64,000 nt of DNA, taken from the NCBI GenBank assembly GCA_018712385.1, contig DVHC01000062.1, positions 72,208-136,207 on the forward strand. The letters are read 5' to 3'. The notes beneath the pieces are model-generated. The model ran no database searches and was not told where the DNA came from. It saw only the letters and a list, made by a program, of their open reading frames with translations. Positions 8,514-18,464 of the stretch are shown here, one piece after another. The position numbers and the translations under genes are program-made. The DNA comes from Candidatus Onthousia excrementipullorum. Its GTDB lineage: Bacteria; Bacillota_I; Bacilli_A; RF39; UBA660. Position 1 is the first letter of the stretch. Each line of letters opens with the position of its first letter.

Positions 8514-9341
8514 TTAATCAATATTTTTTTCGACAAAAAGCATTCTATCTTTAGCGCTTAAATCTTTTTTGATAGTTACTCTACTATTAGGAATAGTCTC
8601 TTTGATTAATTCTTTTAATTTTTCTCCTTCAAGATATCCTATTTCAAAGGCAATTAAATAATCATCTTTTAGGTAGTTATTAATATCTTTTAAAATACTT
8701 CTATAACAGTCTAGTCCATCGCTTCCTCCATATAGGGCAATGGCTGGTTCATTGTTTTTAACTATTTCTTCTATTTCTTCATCAGTCATAATATATGGGG
8801 GATTTGATACTATAACATCATATTTATCTAGAGAAACATTACTAAACCAGTCACTTTTTATAAAGTTAACATCTAGTCCTAGAGTTTTAGCATTAGACTC
8901 TGCTACTTTCAAAGCTTCTTCACTAATATCAACTAAAGTTACTAAAGAATTAGGAAAGAAATGTTTTAAAGTTAGTCCGATGACTCCACTACCACATCCT
9001 AAATCTAAGATTTTCGGATTAGTTATATTTTTCTTTTCAAGATAGTTTTTAATATTTTCAACTAATTCTTCTGTCTCAAAACGGGGTATTAACACATTTT
9101 CATTAACTTTAAACTTTAAGCCATAGAAATTAACATGACCTATTACGTATTGAATAGGTCTATTTTCACTTAAAGCTTTTAAAGATTCTTTATAAAGATT
9201 AACCTTATCAACTTCAACTACTTTATCTAAGATAGTTAATAGTTCTAGAGGATTAACTTCTAAAAGTATTGCAAGTAACATTTTAGCATGAGTGCTACTG
9301 GTATATTTTTTTCCTAAGACTATTAACTCTTCAACTGTCAT
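8514..9341 (-). CDS. prmC: Release-factor glutamine N5-methyltransferase
   Basis: [11 protein letters not shown] motif and NPPY catalytic motif. It overlaps the prfA stop by 4 nt. Confidence 0.9.
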   Translation of the reverse strand: MTVEELIVLGKKYTSSTHAKMLLAILLEVNPLELLTILDKVVEVDKVNLYKESLKALSENRPIQYVIGHVNFYGLKFKVNENVLIPRFETEELVENIKNYLEKKNITNPKILDLGCGSGVIGLTLKHFFPNSLVTLVDISEEALKVAESNAKTLGLDVNFIKSDWFSNVSLDKYDVIVSNPPYIMTDEEIEEIVKNNEPAIALYGGSDGLDCYRSILKDINNYLKDDYLIAFEIGYLEGEKLKELIKETIPNSRVTIKKDLSAKDRMLFVEKNID

Positions 9342-10399
9342 TCTTCTTCTCCTGCTAGTTTTCTTCTTTGGTCTTCCATAGTTAAAGCTTCTATTATCTC
9401 ATCTAAATCTCCATTCATAACTCTATCTAGGTTATTAGTAGTAAAGCCAATTCTATGGTCTGTTACTCTATTTTGGGGATAGTTATATGTTCTTATTTTT
9501 TCAGCTCTATCTCCTGTACCTATTTTATTACGACGAGATTCACCTAATTCTTCTTCTTGGCGTCTTAATTCTTGTTCATAAAGTCTTGCTTTTAATACTT
9601 TCATGGCCTGCTCTTTATTTTGAATTTGACTTCTTTCATTTTGACAAGTTACAACTGTATTTGTTGGTAAGTGAGTAATACGAACAGCACTATCTGTAGT
9701 ATTTACTCCTTGTCCTCCACAACCAGATGAACGATAGATATCTATTCTAAGGTCTTGGGGATTTATTTCAATATTAACATCTTCTGCTTCCGGCATTACA
9801 AGCACTGTTGCCGTTGATGTTTGAATTCTCCCATTACTCTCAGTTACAGGTATTCTTTGAACTCTATGAGAACCACTTTCATACTTAAGCTTTGAGTAAG
9901 CACCATTACCTTTAACCATGAATTCTACTTGACTAAAGCCTCCTGCTGTTCCTTCTTCAGCATTGATTAATTCTGTTTTAAAACCTACTTTATCAGCATA
10001 TTTAGAATACATTCTATAAAGGTCACCTGCGAAGATATTAGCTTCATCTCCTCCAGCTGCTCCTCTTATTTCGACAATAACGTTTTTATTATCGTTAGGG
10101 TCCTTAGGTATTAAAAGTATCTCTAAATCATGTTCTAACTTTTCTTTCTTTGCTTCTAAATCTTTTAACTCTTCTTTAGCGATATCTTTTAATTCATCAT
10201 CTTTTAACATTTCTTTAGTCTCAGGAATAGCTTCAAGTACTTTCTTATATTCACGATACACATTAACTGTTTCTTCTAAATCAGACATCTCTTTTGATAA
10301 TTCTCTTGTTTTATTAATATCTTTTAAGACTTCTTCACTCATTAGTTCTTGTTGTAAGTCCATATATTTCTTTTCAGTAGCTTCAAGACGTTCTATCAT
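9338..10399 (-). CDS. prfA: Peptide chain release factor 1
   Basis: [21 protein letters not shown] (GGQ) and PVTES (RF1-type PxT) motifs. Start moved to MIERLE (ATG at 10399). Confidence 0.95.
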   Translation of the reverse strand: MIERLEATEKKYMDLQQELMSEEVLKDINKTRELSKEMSDLEETVNVYREYKKVLEAIPETKEMLKDDELKDIAKEELKDLEAKKEKLEHDLEILLIPKDPNDNKNVIVEIRGAAGGDEANIFAGDLYRMYSKYADKVGFKTELINAEEGTAGGFSQVEFMVKGNGAYSKLKYESGSHRVQRIPVTESNGRIQTSTATVLVMPEAEDVNIEINPQDLRIDIYRSSGCGGQGVNTTDSAVRITHLPTNTVVTCQNERSQIQNKEQAMKVLKARLYEQELRRQEEELGESRRNKIGTGDRAEKIRTYNYPQNRVTDHRIGFTTNNLDRVMNGDLDEIIEALTMEDQRRKLAGEEE

Positions 10400-10494
10400 T
10401 ATAACCAGTCCTTTCTTTTTCTTTGTAATTATAGCATAGCTTCCCTTTAAATACAATCTTTGTTTTTAAAGAAAAAGAACTAAATATTTTAGTT

Positions 10495-10944
10495 TTAGTT
10501 CTCTTCTAATTCATCCTCATCGACAACAACTAAATCTTTTAAATCTTCATTAGCATCATCATAGTCATCATCTTCATCTGTATCACCAGAGTCATAATTA
10601 TCTTCCTCTTCTTCATCTGGTAAGATAGTATCTTCTTTTATTTCTTCTTCCTCATCTTCTTCGTCTTCATCTTCTGTTACTTTTACGATTTTATCAGAGG
10701 TATGACGACTTCTTAGGTCCCAACAACCATCTTCTAGTAAGATAAATCTCTTATCAGTTGTAAGAAGGGTATAATAGTCACCTATTTTTTCTTCAAAAGT
10801 TTTATCAGGAAGTTCTAGTAATGTTACTACTTTTTTGAAAAGGTCAGCAGTATTCATTTTACCTTCTTCTTCTAATATATAATATGTTATATCCTTATGT
10901 GACAGTAGTTCTAAATCTTCTTTTTTCATTTTAGCTAACTTCAT
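10495..10944 (-). CDS. rpoE: RNA polymerase delta subunit
   Basis: HARE-HTH-like N-domain (DITYYILEE...YTLLTTDKRFILLEDGCWDLR) plus a long Asp/Glu-rich C-terminal tail. Confidence 0.85.
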   Translation of the reverse strand: MKLAKMKKEDLELLSHKDITYYILEEEGKMNTADLFKKVVTLLELPDKTFEEKIGDYYTLLTTDKRFILLEDGCWDLRSRHTSDKIVKVTEDEDEEDEEEEIKEDTILPDEEEEDNYDSGDTDEDDDYDDANEDLKDLVVVDEDELEEN

Positions 10945-11094
10945 AAAAATTCCTCCTATAGCTTATAGCTAAGACATTATATGTAATAATTTTTTATTTG
11001 TGTATTAAATCAGATAAAGTTATAGCATGAATTAATATAAAAGGCAATACTTTTTTATACATTTATATATTTTTCTAAAATTTGACACTCATTT

Positions 11095-11838
11095 TTATTT
11101 TTTTAACTCTATATATTCATACATATATACACTTATTTCTTTTGTGCCATTTCTCATTATATTTTTATAAGGATTATGGATATGGCCGTGAATATGATAG
11201 GGAATTTTGTTTTTATATAAGTAATACGTTATTCCAAATAATCCTTGATGTGCTATATCATATGATGCTGTGCTGTCAAATCTATTATCATGACTTACTA
11301 AAATATCAACTTTAGGTTTATCCTTTAAAAAGTCAATACTTTCTTTTTGAGTAAATGAAGGAAAATCTTCTTGTTTATATTTATAACTTCCTTCTATTCC
11401 TAATAAAGATACACCTTTAATATTTATTACTTGCCCATTTAAACTATTTATAGCATATTCTGTTAAATAATTTCTATCATGATTTCCTAATAGTCCATAA
11501 GTCTTGGTCTTGTCTACACATTTTAATATCTTTTCAATATCAGATGAACTATGGTCTCCTAATAGAATACATATATCATAGTTATTATGTTTAGAAATAA
11601 ACTGTTTAAAATCATCAAAGTTTAAATCATTGTGTGTATCACTTATCGCTATTATTTTTAGGGAGTTATTAAAGTTATTACAAGCTCCAAAAATTTGATA
11701 CAATTTATCTTCTTGATTAGCATATTTATTATTAAAGCCATATGGTATATCTTTTTTTGTAGTTTTTTTTAGATATATATCATAATCTTCTTTAGTAGAT
11801 ATTTCTTTATTTTCATTTTTTTTGAAGAACTTAAACAT
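11095..11838 (-). CDS. Calcineurin-like metallophosphoesterase
   Basis: ISDTHND, LGDH and GNHD motifs. Start moved to MFKFF (ATG at 11838) after GAAGGA, which removes the overlap with argS. Confidence 0.75.
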   Translation of the reverse strand: MFKFFKKNENKEISTKEDYDIYLKKTTKKDIPYGFNNKYANQEDKLYQIFGACNNFNNSLKIIAISDTHNDLNFDDFKQFISKHNNYDICILLGDHSSSDIEKILKCVDKTKTYGLLGNHDRNYLTEYAINSLNGQVINIKGVSLLGIEGSYKYKQEDFPSFTQKESIDFLKDKPKVDILVSHDNRFDSTASYDIAHQGLFGITYYLYKNKIPYHIHGHIHNPYKNIMRNGTKEISVYMYEYIELKK

Positions 11839-11851
11839 ATATTTTTCCTTC

Positions 11852-13594
11852 TTACATTTTCTCTGGTACTTCAATCGCTAGTATATCAAGCAATTCTTCA
11901 TTAGTTTCTTTAACTAGTTTAGTTAATGTAAGCCAACTTTCTCTTACCTTTTCATCACTTTCAGTTAAGATGTGGTTCGCCTCATAAAATCTGCTGTATA
12001 AACTTGTCAAGTTATATAGGTAATCTGCTATAGAACTTAAATCTTTATTATTATAAGCTTTATGTAAAATATTATTCTTCTCCATTAATAAAAGTATTAT
12101 TTCTTTTTCAGTATCTGTTGGTTTATTATAGTAGTTATTATAGTTTATACCTTGTGCTTCTGCTTTATTCAAGATAGATTTCATTCTGATAGTATTATAT
12201 AAAATGTATGGACCAGTTTTTCCTTCTACATCGATAAACTTACTAGGTTCAAAGATATAATCTGTTGTTCTATTAGGTAAGAAGTCAGCATATTTAATGG
12301 CAGCGATAGCGATTTTTTCAGCAGTTTCTTCTTTATTATCAATATCTTTATTCATGTGAGTAAGTATTTCTTCTTTAACACTCTTAATAAGTCCTTTTAA
12401 TGTAGCTGCATTACCATCTCTTGTTTTAAATGGCTTACCATCTGTTCCATTCATTGTTCCAAAGCCATAATACTCTAAAACAGTATCTTTAGGGACAAGA
12501 CCTGTTTTATAAGATGCTCTAAATACTTGTTCAAAATATAATCCTTGACGCATATCTACTACATACCATATTTCTTTAGGATTAAATCTTTTCATACGAG
12601 ATGTAATAGTTGCTAGTTCCCTTGTAGCATAAAGAGTTGCACCATTACTTTTAATAACAACAAGGGGTGGCATAGGAGCTTTATCATCATCTTCTATTAC
12701 TTCAACTATTTTTGCACCTTCACTATCGATTAAATAGCCTGATTTTTCCATGATATCAATAGTTTCTTTAATATAAGGAAAAGCATCACTTTCTCCTTCC
12801 CATAAATCAAAGTCGGCATTTAATTCTTTATAAATACTTTTTATATCTTCTATAGACACTTCTTTTATCTTATTCCATAAAGCAACATAACCTTTATTTT
12901 TACCATATTCTAACTCAGCGGTTATTTCTCTTACTTCATTCATTATGTCTTCATTTTCTTTAGCTTTATTGCTTGCAGTAGGATAGATTTCTTCTAAATC
13001 TTTTCCTGTTATAGGTAACTCATCCCAAGTAGTTTCCTCTTTGCCACTAAAATAGTTAAGATTAGGATATCTTTGTTTTAGTTCATAGATTACCATTCCA
13101 GACTGACGACCAATATCGCCAAAGTGAACATCTGATATTACTTCTTTACCAAGGTGTCTTGCTAATCTTTTTATAGCTTCGCCAATATTTGCACTTCTTA
13201 AGTGTCCAACATGAAGAGTTTTAGCGATATTCGCACCACCATAATCGATGATAATTCTTTCTTCATTAAGTTTTTCCACATCTTTTGTGGAATCCTTAAT
13301 AACTTTTTCCACATATTCTGTTAATAACTCATCCTTAAAACTCAAGTTAATAAATCCAGCACCTGCAATATTTATATTTTTGAAGTATCCTGTTTCTTCT
13401 AGACATTTAACTAAGTCTTCGGCAATATCTCTTGGTGACTTATGCATTACTTTGGCAAGCTTCATAGCATCATTAATTTGATAGTCACCTAACTCTTTTT
13501 TACTACTTGTTATTAATTGTACTTCATCAAGGGGAATACCATTTTCCTTAAATTTATCTAATATATCTTTTTCCACAGTATTTAAAAAATTCAT
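11852..13594 (-). CDS. argS: Arginine--tRNA ligase
   Basis: The HVGH (HIGH) motif plus length and overall layout are typical ArgS. Start taken at MNFLNT (13594). Confidence 0.95.
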   Translation of the reverse strand: MNFLNTVEKDILDKFKENGIPLDEVQLITSSKKELGDYQINDAMKLAKVMHKSPRDIAEDLVKCLEETGYFKNINIAGAGFINLSFKDELLTEYVEKVIKDSTKDVEKLNEERIIIDYGGANIAKTLHVGHLRSANIGEAIKRLARHLGKEVISDVHFGDIGRQSGMVIYELKQRYPNLNYFSGKEETTWDELPITGKDLEEIYPTASNKAKENEDIMNEVREITAELEYGKNKGYVALWNKIKEVSIEDIKSIYKELNADFDLWEGESDAFPYIKETIDIMEKSGYLIDSEGAKIVEVIEDDDKAPMPPLVVIKSNGATLYATRELATITSRMKRFNPKEIWYVVDMRQGLYFEQVFRASYKTGLVPKDTVLEYYGFGTMNGTDGKPFKTRDGNAATLKGLIKSVKEEILTHMNKDIDNKEETAEKIAIAAIKYADFLPNRTTDYIFEPSKFIDVEGKTGPYILYNTIRMKSILNKAEAQGINYNNYYNKPTDTEKEIILLLMEKNNILHKAYNNKDLSSIADYLYNLTSLYSRFYEANHILTESDEKVRESWLTLTKLVKETNEELLDILAIEVPEKM

Positions 13595-13953
13595 AATATC
13601 CTCCATTCTACTTTAAACTCATGTTTAAAGTCATTACCATCTATTTGATATATAACTTCATAAGTTGTATTATCTTTATTTATATTAAATGTTTTCATCG
13701 GAACGAAACCTGTTTGTTTTAAATCTTTTAAAAACACTTCAAAATTAGTTTTTTCATTTTCCACAAATTTATAACTTAATATAGTATCTTCTGTTTCTCG
13801 TAGCATAATATTATCATCAAGAAAGATAGTTAGAACAGCTTTATTATCTTGATACTGTATTAAGTTTTTCTTTTCATCGAATGTTCCTTTACCTTCAAAA
13901 GGTAATTCTTCATCTTTGTTTTTTATTTTCGCTTTTATAAATACATCTTTCAT
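13591..13953 (-). CDS. DUF1934 (YwiB-like) beta-barrel protein
   Basis: 120 aa, overlapping the argS start by 4 nt. B. subtilis ywiB sits immediately upstream of argS (from memory). Confidence 0.65.
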   Translation of the reverse strand: MKDVFIKAKIKNKDEELPFEGKGTFDEKKNLIQYQDNKAVLTIFLDDNIMLRETEDTILSYKFVENEKTNFEVFLKDLKQTGFVPMKTFNINKDNTTYEVIYQIDGNDFKHEFKVEWRIL

Positions 13954-14070
13954 AGAGATTCTCCTTTTATCATAATTAATAGAAGCCGTCGCCGGCTGAA
14001 CAAACTACCTATAAAACATCGCTGTTTCATTTTTTAAATTATAAAACCTTTTATCTCTTTTTCTGCTAAG

Positions 14071-14099
14071 ATTATAACAAAAAAAAATTAAAGTTACAA
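14071..14099 (-). promoter_or_regulatory. Candidate promoter of the DUF1934-argS operon
   Basis: Minus strand reads TTGTAA (14094-14099), 17 nt, TATAAT (14071-14076), with TGT immediately upstream (extended -10). Confidence 0.45.
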
Positions 14100-14159
14100 C
14101 TTTTTGGTGTGAATGATAATTTTTTGGACATGATATATAAAGAAAGGATTTGATATGTT

Positions 14160-16121
14160 ATGAAAGTTTTAAAGAAGTGTTTAAAAATATTTATAATTCT
14201 TATAGGACTTTTTATTCTTGGGAACATTGGTGTTTATACTTATGCTAAGTTAAGTCCTAAGATTGAGATAAAGAATGCTAATAGTTTTATGTTGTTTGAT
14301 AGTGATAATGAGGTTTTCTTTCAAGGAAGTGGTTCTAGGGAATGGATTAGTCTTGATGATATTTCTCCATATTTGATAGAAGCGACTATAAACACTGAAG
14401 ATAAAAACTTTTATAAACATATTGGATTTGATTACTTAAGGATACTAAAGGCGATGGTTGTTAATATAACTAGTGGTACTACTAGTCAAGGTGCTAGTAC
14501 GATTACCCAGCAGTATGCTAAAAACTTATTTTTAGATTTTGATAAGACATGGAAAAGAAAATGGGATGAGATGTGGTATACAATAGAGATAGAGTCTCAT
14601 TATAGTAAGGATGAGATACTTGAGGGTTATTTAAATACAATAAACTATGGTCATGGTAAATATGGAATAGAGACTGCTAGTAAATATTACTTTGGGAAGA
14701 GTGCTAAAGATTTGACTTTGGCAGAAGCGGCTATGCTTACGGGTATTCCTAAGTCACCTAGTAATTATTCTCCTTTTGTTAATTTAAAAAAAGCGACACA
14801 AAGGCAACAGATGATTTTAAAGAGTATGTATGATGATGGTGTTATTAGTGAAGCGGAATATAATAAGGCTCTTGATGAAGAATTGAAGTTTGTAGGTGAG
14901 GAAGAAGAGGATGAACTAGAGAGTGTTATGTATTATCAAGATGCTGTTATAGAGGAGTTAAAAAGTTTAAAGGAAATACCGGAATCTTTTCTTGAGACGG
15001 GAGGTCTTAAAGTCTATACTAGTCTTGATATGGAGGCACAGAAACAGTTAGAAGAGACTGTTAAAAATACAATGCCAGATAGTGACTTAGAGACTGCTAG
15101 TGTTATGGTTAATCCTAATAATGGAAGAGTTATCGCTTTGGTGGGCGGAAAAGACTATAGTAAGTCAGAATTTAATAGAGCGACTGATGCGAAAAGGCAG
15201 GTAGGTTCTACGATGAAAGCTTTTCTATATTATGCTGCCTTAGAAAATGGATTTACGGCTTCTACTACTTTTACGAGTGAAGAGACTACTTTTACTTTTA
15301 ATAATAATCAATCATATTCACCCCAGAATTATAATGGTACTTATGGTAATAAACCTATTTCTATGGCTACGGCAATCGCTTACTCTGAAAATATTTATGC
15401 TGTTAAGACACATATGTTTTTAGGTGAAGATACACTTATTGATATGGCAAAAAGACTTGGTATTACTTCTAAACTTGATGAAGTACCTTCTCTTGCTCTT
15501 GGTACTAGTGAGATTGGTATGTTAGAAATGGCTGGTGCCTACTCTGCTTTTGCCAATGAAGGATATAAAGTAACACCTCATTTTATTACTAAAGTTGTTG
15601 ATAAAGAAGGAAATGTTTTATATGAAGCGGATGAAGAGAAAGACCTTATTCTTAATTCTAGTTTAACTTTTATTTTAAGTAATTTGTTAACCGCTACTTA
15701 CGATGCTAATTTTATTGATTATAACTATCCTACCGCTGTTAATCTTGCTAGTAGAATGACTCATAAATATGCTTTAAAAAGTGGTACTACTAATACCGAT
15801 AACTGGTATATTGGCTATAATAAAGATATTGTTACGGCAGTATGGTGTGGTTATGATGATGCTAGGGACTTAAAATCTAGCGAATATAAATATGCCCAAA
15901 ATATTTGGCTTAATACAATGGAAGGCTATATGAAAGATAAAGATGATGAATGGTATAAACAGCCTGATAATGTTGTTGGGGTCTTAGTTAATCCTATTAC
16001 GGGAAAACCTGCAACTGATAGTGATGAGAAGAAAATTATTGAGTATTATGTTAAAGGAACTGAACCGAGCGTTGATGACCCTGTCTTTGATGAGATAAGT
16101 GGAAATACTAGTAGTAATTAG
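14160..16121 (+). CDS. Class A penicillin-binding protein (glycosyltransferase + transpeptidase)
   Basis: N-terminal TM segment; GT51 motifs EDKNFYKHIGFD and TITQQYAKN; transpeptidase motifs STMK, SEN and KSGTT. Confidence 0.9.
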   Translation: MKVLKKCLKIFIILIGLFILGNIGVYTYAKLSPKIEIKNANSFMLFDSDNEVFFQGSGSREWISLDDISPYLIEATINTEDKNFYKHIGFDYLRILKAMVVNITSGTTSQGASTITQQYAKNLFLDFDKTWKRKWDEMWYTIEIESHYSKDEILEGYLNTINYGHGKYGIETASKYYFGKSAKDLTLAEAAMLTGIPKSPSNYSPFVNLKKATQRQQMILKSMYDDGVISEAEYNKALDEELKFVGEEEEDELESVMYYQDAVIEELKSLKEIPESFLETGGLKVYTSLDMEAQKQLEETVKNTMPDSDLETASVMVNPNNGRVIALVGGKDYSKSEFNRATDAKRQVGSTMKAFLYYAALENGFTASTTFTSEETTFTFNNNQSYSPQNYNGTYGNKPISMATAIAYSENIYAVKTHMFLGEDTLIDMAKRLGITSKLDEVPSLALGTSEIGMLEMAGAYSAFANEGYKVTPHFITKVVDKEGNVLYEADEEKDLILNSSLTFILSNLLTATYDANFIDYNYPTAVNLASRMTHKYALKSGTTNTDNWYIGYNKDIVTAVWCGYDDARDLKSSEYKYAQNIWLNTMEGYMKDKDDEWYKQPDNVVGVLVNPITGKPATDSDEKKIIEYYVKGTEPSVDDPVFDEISGNTSSN

Positions 16122-16168
16122 TATATTTTAAAAATAGACACATACAATTACTTTGAGAGGATGATTTG

Positions 16169-16516
16169 ATGAATAATAATTTTGAAACTTATCCTAATCA
16201 AAGTACTGACCCCCCTTATCAAAACTTTGATTATGATTACACTCCTAATATGAATAATGTTCCTAATAATACTGTTCCAATTAGTGGAGATATGGCCTAT
16301 GCTGAAAATATTTTAGAGTTAAATGTAGGGAAAGAAGCAAGTTTCTATATGTCATATTCTGACTCGTTGGAATGGCGTGATAGAGTATTTACAGGAACAA
16401 TTGTTGGGGCAGGTAGAGACTATGCAGTTGTTAGAGATAGTAATAACCATAATTTTCTACTTTGGACAGTTTACCTTAGTTATGTAGAGTTTAGAGAAGA
16501 TATTAATTTAAGATAA
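16169..16516 (+). CDS. gerQ: Spore coat protein GerQ
   Basis: N/P/Y-rich N-terminus, then AENILELNVGKEASFYMSY...FTGTIVGAGRDYAVVRD...LLWTVYLSYVEF. This matches the remembered B. subtilis GerQ C-domain (ENILRLNRGK...AAGRDHIIISD...YLDYITF). Confidence 0.8.
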   Translation: MNNNFETYPNQSTDPPYQNFDYDYTPNMNNVPNNTVPISGDMAYAENILELNVGKEASFYMSYSDSLEWRDRVFTGTIVGAGRDYAVVRDSNNHNFLLWTVYLSYVEFREDINLR

Positions 16517-16582
16517 TTTACCCTTCTCTTTTTCTTTGCTATAATATGGTTATATAACAATAGTAGGAAGTGAGAAAATTTT

Positions 16583-17137
16583 ATGGAAAAGAAAACTAAC
16601 AAGGGGTTGGTTATTACTATAATTCTATTATTAATCATTATAGGTGGGCTTGTATTTTATATTTGTTATGATAAAGGTATAGTTTTTAGTAGTAATGATA
16701 ATGAGAAAAAACAAGAAGATATTAAAAGAGTTGATGAGAATAGTGATACTGTTGATAATAACAATAACATGAGTGATAATAATGGACAAGATATGACTAC
16801 TGATGATATTTATAATCAAAAGAAATGTTATGGTACATATTATGGAGAAGGTTATGGTACTTATGAAAATGGTATATCTTGGTCTGAAAAAGCAACTTAT
16901 GTACTTAATACTGATGGTACTTTTACGGCTACTTTTGGTGATGCAGGAGCTTCTGCTACTCAAGGAATTTATGTTACCATAGGTAATACAATAATATTTA
17001 TACGTTCTAAAGATACTTTTGGACCAAAAGACCAGGACCCATATTATTATGCTGAAAGTTACGTAATGGCTGATGATTGTTCGTATTTTATAAAAAACAA
17101 CGGAAGTGGAGCAATATATAAAATACAATCACAATAA
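16583..17137 (+). CDS. Membrane-anchored hypothetical protein
   Basis: 184 aa: N-terminal TM segment, Asn/Asp-rich linker, Gly/Tyr/Thr-rich C-domain. No family recognised. Confidence 0.5.
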   Translation: MEKKTNKGLVITIILLLIIIGGLVFYICYDKGIVFSSNDNEKKQEDIKRVDENSDTVDNNNNMSDNNGQDMTTDDIYNQKKCYGTYYGEGYGTYENGISWSEKATYVLNTDGTFTATFGDAGASATQGIYVTIGNTIIFIRSKDTFGPKDQDPYYYAESYVMADDCSYFIKNNGSGAIYKIQSQ

Positions 17138-17223
17138 AGAGTTACATTAGTAGCTTTTTATTTTCCTTTCTTATAGATTTTAAGCTTTTCATTTGCTATA
17201 ATACTATTAAGGATGTGATACTA

Positions 17224-17754
17224 ATGATTTATGCTATTATAGGGGGAATTGTTGTATTAATTATTTTAATTTGTGTAATAATGGTTTTAGTTTATAAAAA
17301 TAAATATAACTTTTTATATATTAAGGTGAAGGAAGCCGATAATAATTTAGATATTTTATTACAAAAAAAAGAAGAGATACTTTTAAAGATTATTCCTATT
17401 TTAGAAGAGGCTAAAATAAAAGATATTCCTGAAGTTATTAAATTAAAATCTAAAAGACTTAATCATCATGAGTTATATCAAGAATTAATGGATATGACTA
17501 CTGAGATTCTAAAGATAATAGATGACTATGAGGATAAACTTGATTTTAAGAAACTAGATGCTTTAGTAGATAAATTAAACGAAAATGAAAATGATTTAAG
17601 AGCAGCTTTAAAGTATTATAATGATAATGGCGAAGAGATTATTTATCTTTCTCATAAGTTCCCAACTAATTTAATTAAAACCTTTTCTCATTATCAAGAT
17701 ATAGAGACTTATAAATTAGAGAAAAGAGAAGCTTTTGAAATATTAAAACATTGA
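17224..17754 (+). CDS. LemA-family protein
   Basis: N-terminal TM segment; YNFLYIKVKEADNNLDILLQKK... and ...ENDLRAALKYYNDNGEEIIYLSHKFP resemble LemA signatures. An extended -10 (TGCTATAAT) lies at 17194-17202. Start taken at the ATG at 17224. Confidence 0.6.
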   Translation: MIYAIIGGIVVLIILICVIMVLVYKNKYNFLYIKVKEADNNLDILLQKKEEILLKIIPILEEAKIKDIPEVIKLKSKRLNHHELYQELMDMTTEILKIIDDYEDKLDFKKLDALVDKLNENENDLRAALKYYNDNGEEIIYLSHKFPTNLIKTFSHYQDIETYKLEKREAFEILKH

Positions 17755-17755
17755 C

Positions 17756-18301
17756 CTAGTTGCCAATGTTTTTTTTATAAGTTTTACTATCTTCATATTC
17801 TTTTCTTAACTCTTCTAATGTTATAGCATCGTCTCCTATATTAGTCACGATAGTACCATTATCACAGTAAATAATTGATTCAGGAACTTCTAGATTTAAG
17901 TAATTAACATAGGGTATTAATCTAGCATCACTTTTACTTTTTTCTATTAATTCTTCATGACTTATTCTTTTTCCTAAATATATCTTTTTGGATATACTAT
18001 GCTTTTTAGTGTTATATCTTTCTCCATCTATTTCTACTTCTTTAGTATCATAATATTGAAAGGCAATAACATCACTAGTAAATTGTTCTTCTAATGGAGA
18101 TACTTTATCTACACTCCTAAACCTAGAATCACAACTGTTTAATCTTATTCCATTTGGAACAAATTCTTTTAGATATGTATCTACTGTTATATCTATTTTG
18201 ATATTATCTTTTTCAAAATGATAATGATTATTATCATGAAAAACTTGATATAGCCTTTCCATTAGTTTAGTTAACTCTTTTGCTTTTTTTACTTCTTCCA
18301 T
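17756..18301 (-). CDS. Hypothetical protein, no recognisable family
   Basis: 181-aa ORF in an otherwise ORF-free stretch, with a plausible AGGAG-like RBS (AAAGGAGAAG). Confidence 0.5.
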   Translation of the reverse strand: MEEVKKAKELTKLMERLYQVFHDNNHYHFEKDNIKIDITVDTYLKEFVPNGIRLNSCDSRFRSVDKVSPLEEQFTSDVIAFQYYDTKEVEIDGERYNTKKHSISKKIYLGKRISHEELIEKSKSDARLIPYVNYLNLEVPESIIYCDNGTIVTNIGDDAITLEELRKEYEDSKTYKKNIGN

Positions 18302-18413
18302 TTTTTTACTTCTCCTTTGAACTTATTTTAGTTGTTTTTAAGGATTATAGCAAGATATTTTGATTTAATTGTGTCATAAATAACGATATTTTTCCATTTA
18401 TTTCCAGTTGTTA

Positions 18414-18450
18414 TACAAAAAAAGTTACTGATAATTGTATCAATAACTTT
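18414..18450 (-). terminator. Intrinsic terminator after the 441-aa orphan
   Basis: Minus strand reads AAAGTTA-T-TGATA-CAAT-TATCA-G-TAACTTT followed by TTTTTTG. Confidence 0.6.
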
Positions 18451-18464
18451 AGTATAAATCTTTT

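Noticed and set aside
11082-11315. 77-aa plus-strand ORF overlapping the 3' end of the metallophosphoesterase gene.
   Set aside because: It is antisense to a gene with clear phosphoesterase motifs, and its translation is low-complexity.
13954-14070. I looked for a T-box riboswitch in the leader of the DUF1934-argS operon. I noticed two small hairpins with GCGA tetraloops on the minus strand (AGCCG-GCGA-CGGCT at about 13984-13997 and AAACA-GCGA-TGTTT at about 14014-14027).
   Set aside because: The leader is only about 110 nt long. It lacks the conserved T-box sequence and any terminator/antiterminator pair. The hairpins are short and could be coincidental.
16631-17128. 165-aa minus-strand ORF antisense to the 16583-17137 membrane-anchored protein.
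   Set aside because: Its translation is Ile/Thr/Ser-rich low complexity with no RBS. The plus-strand ORF has a TM anchor, an RBS and co-orientation with its neighbours.
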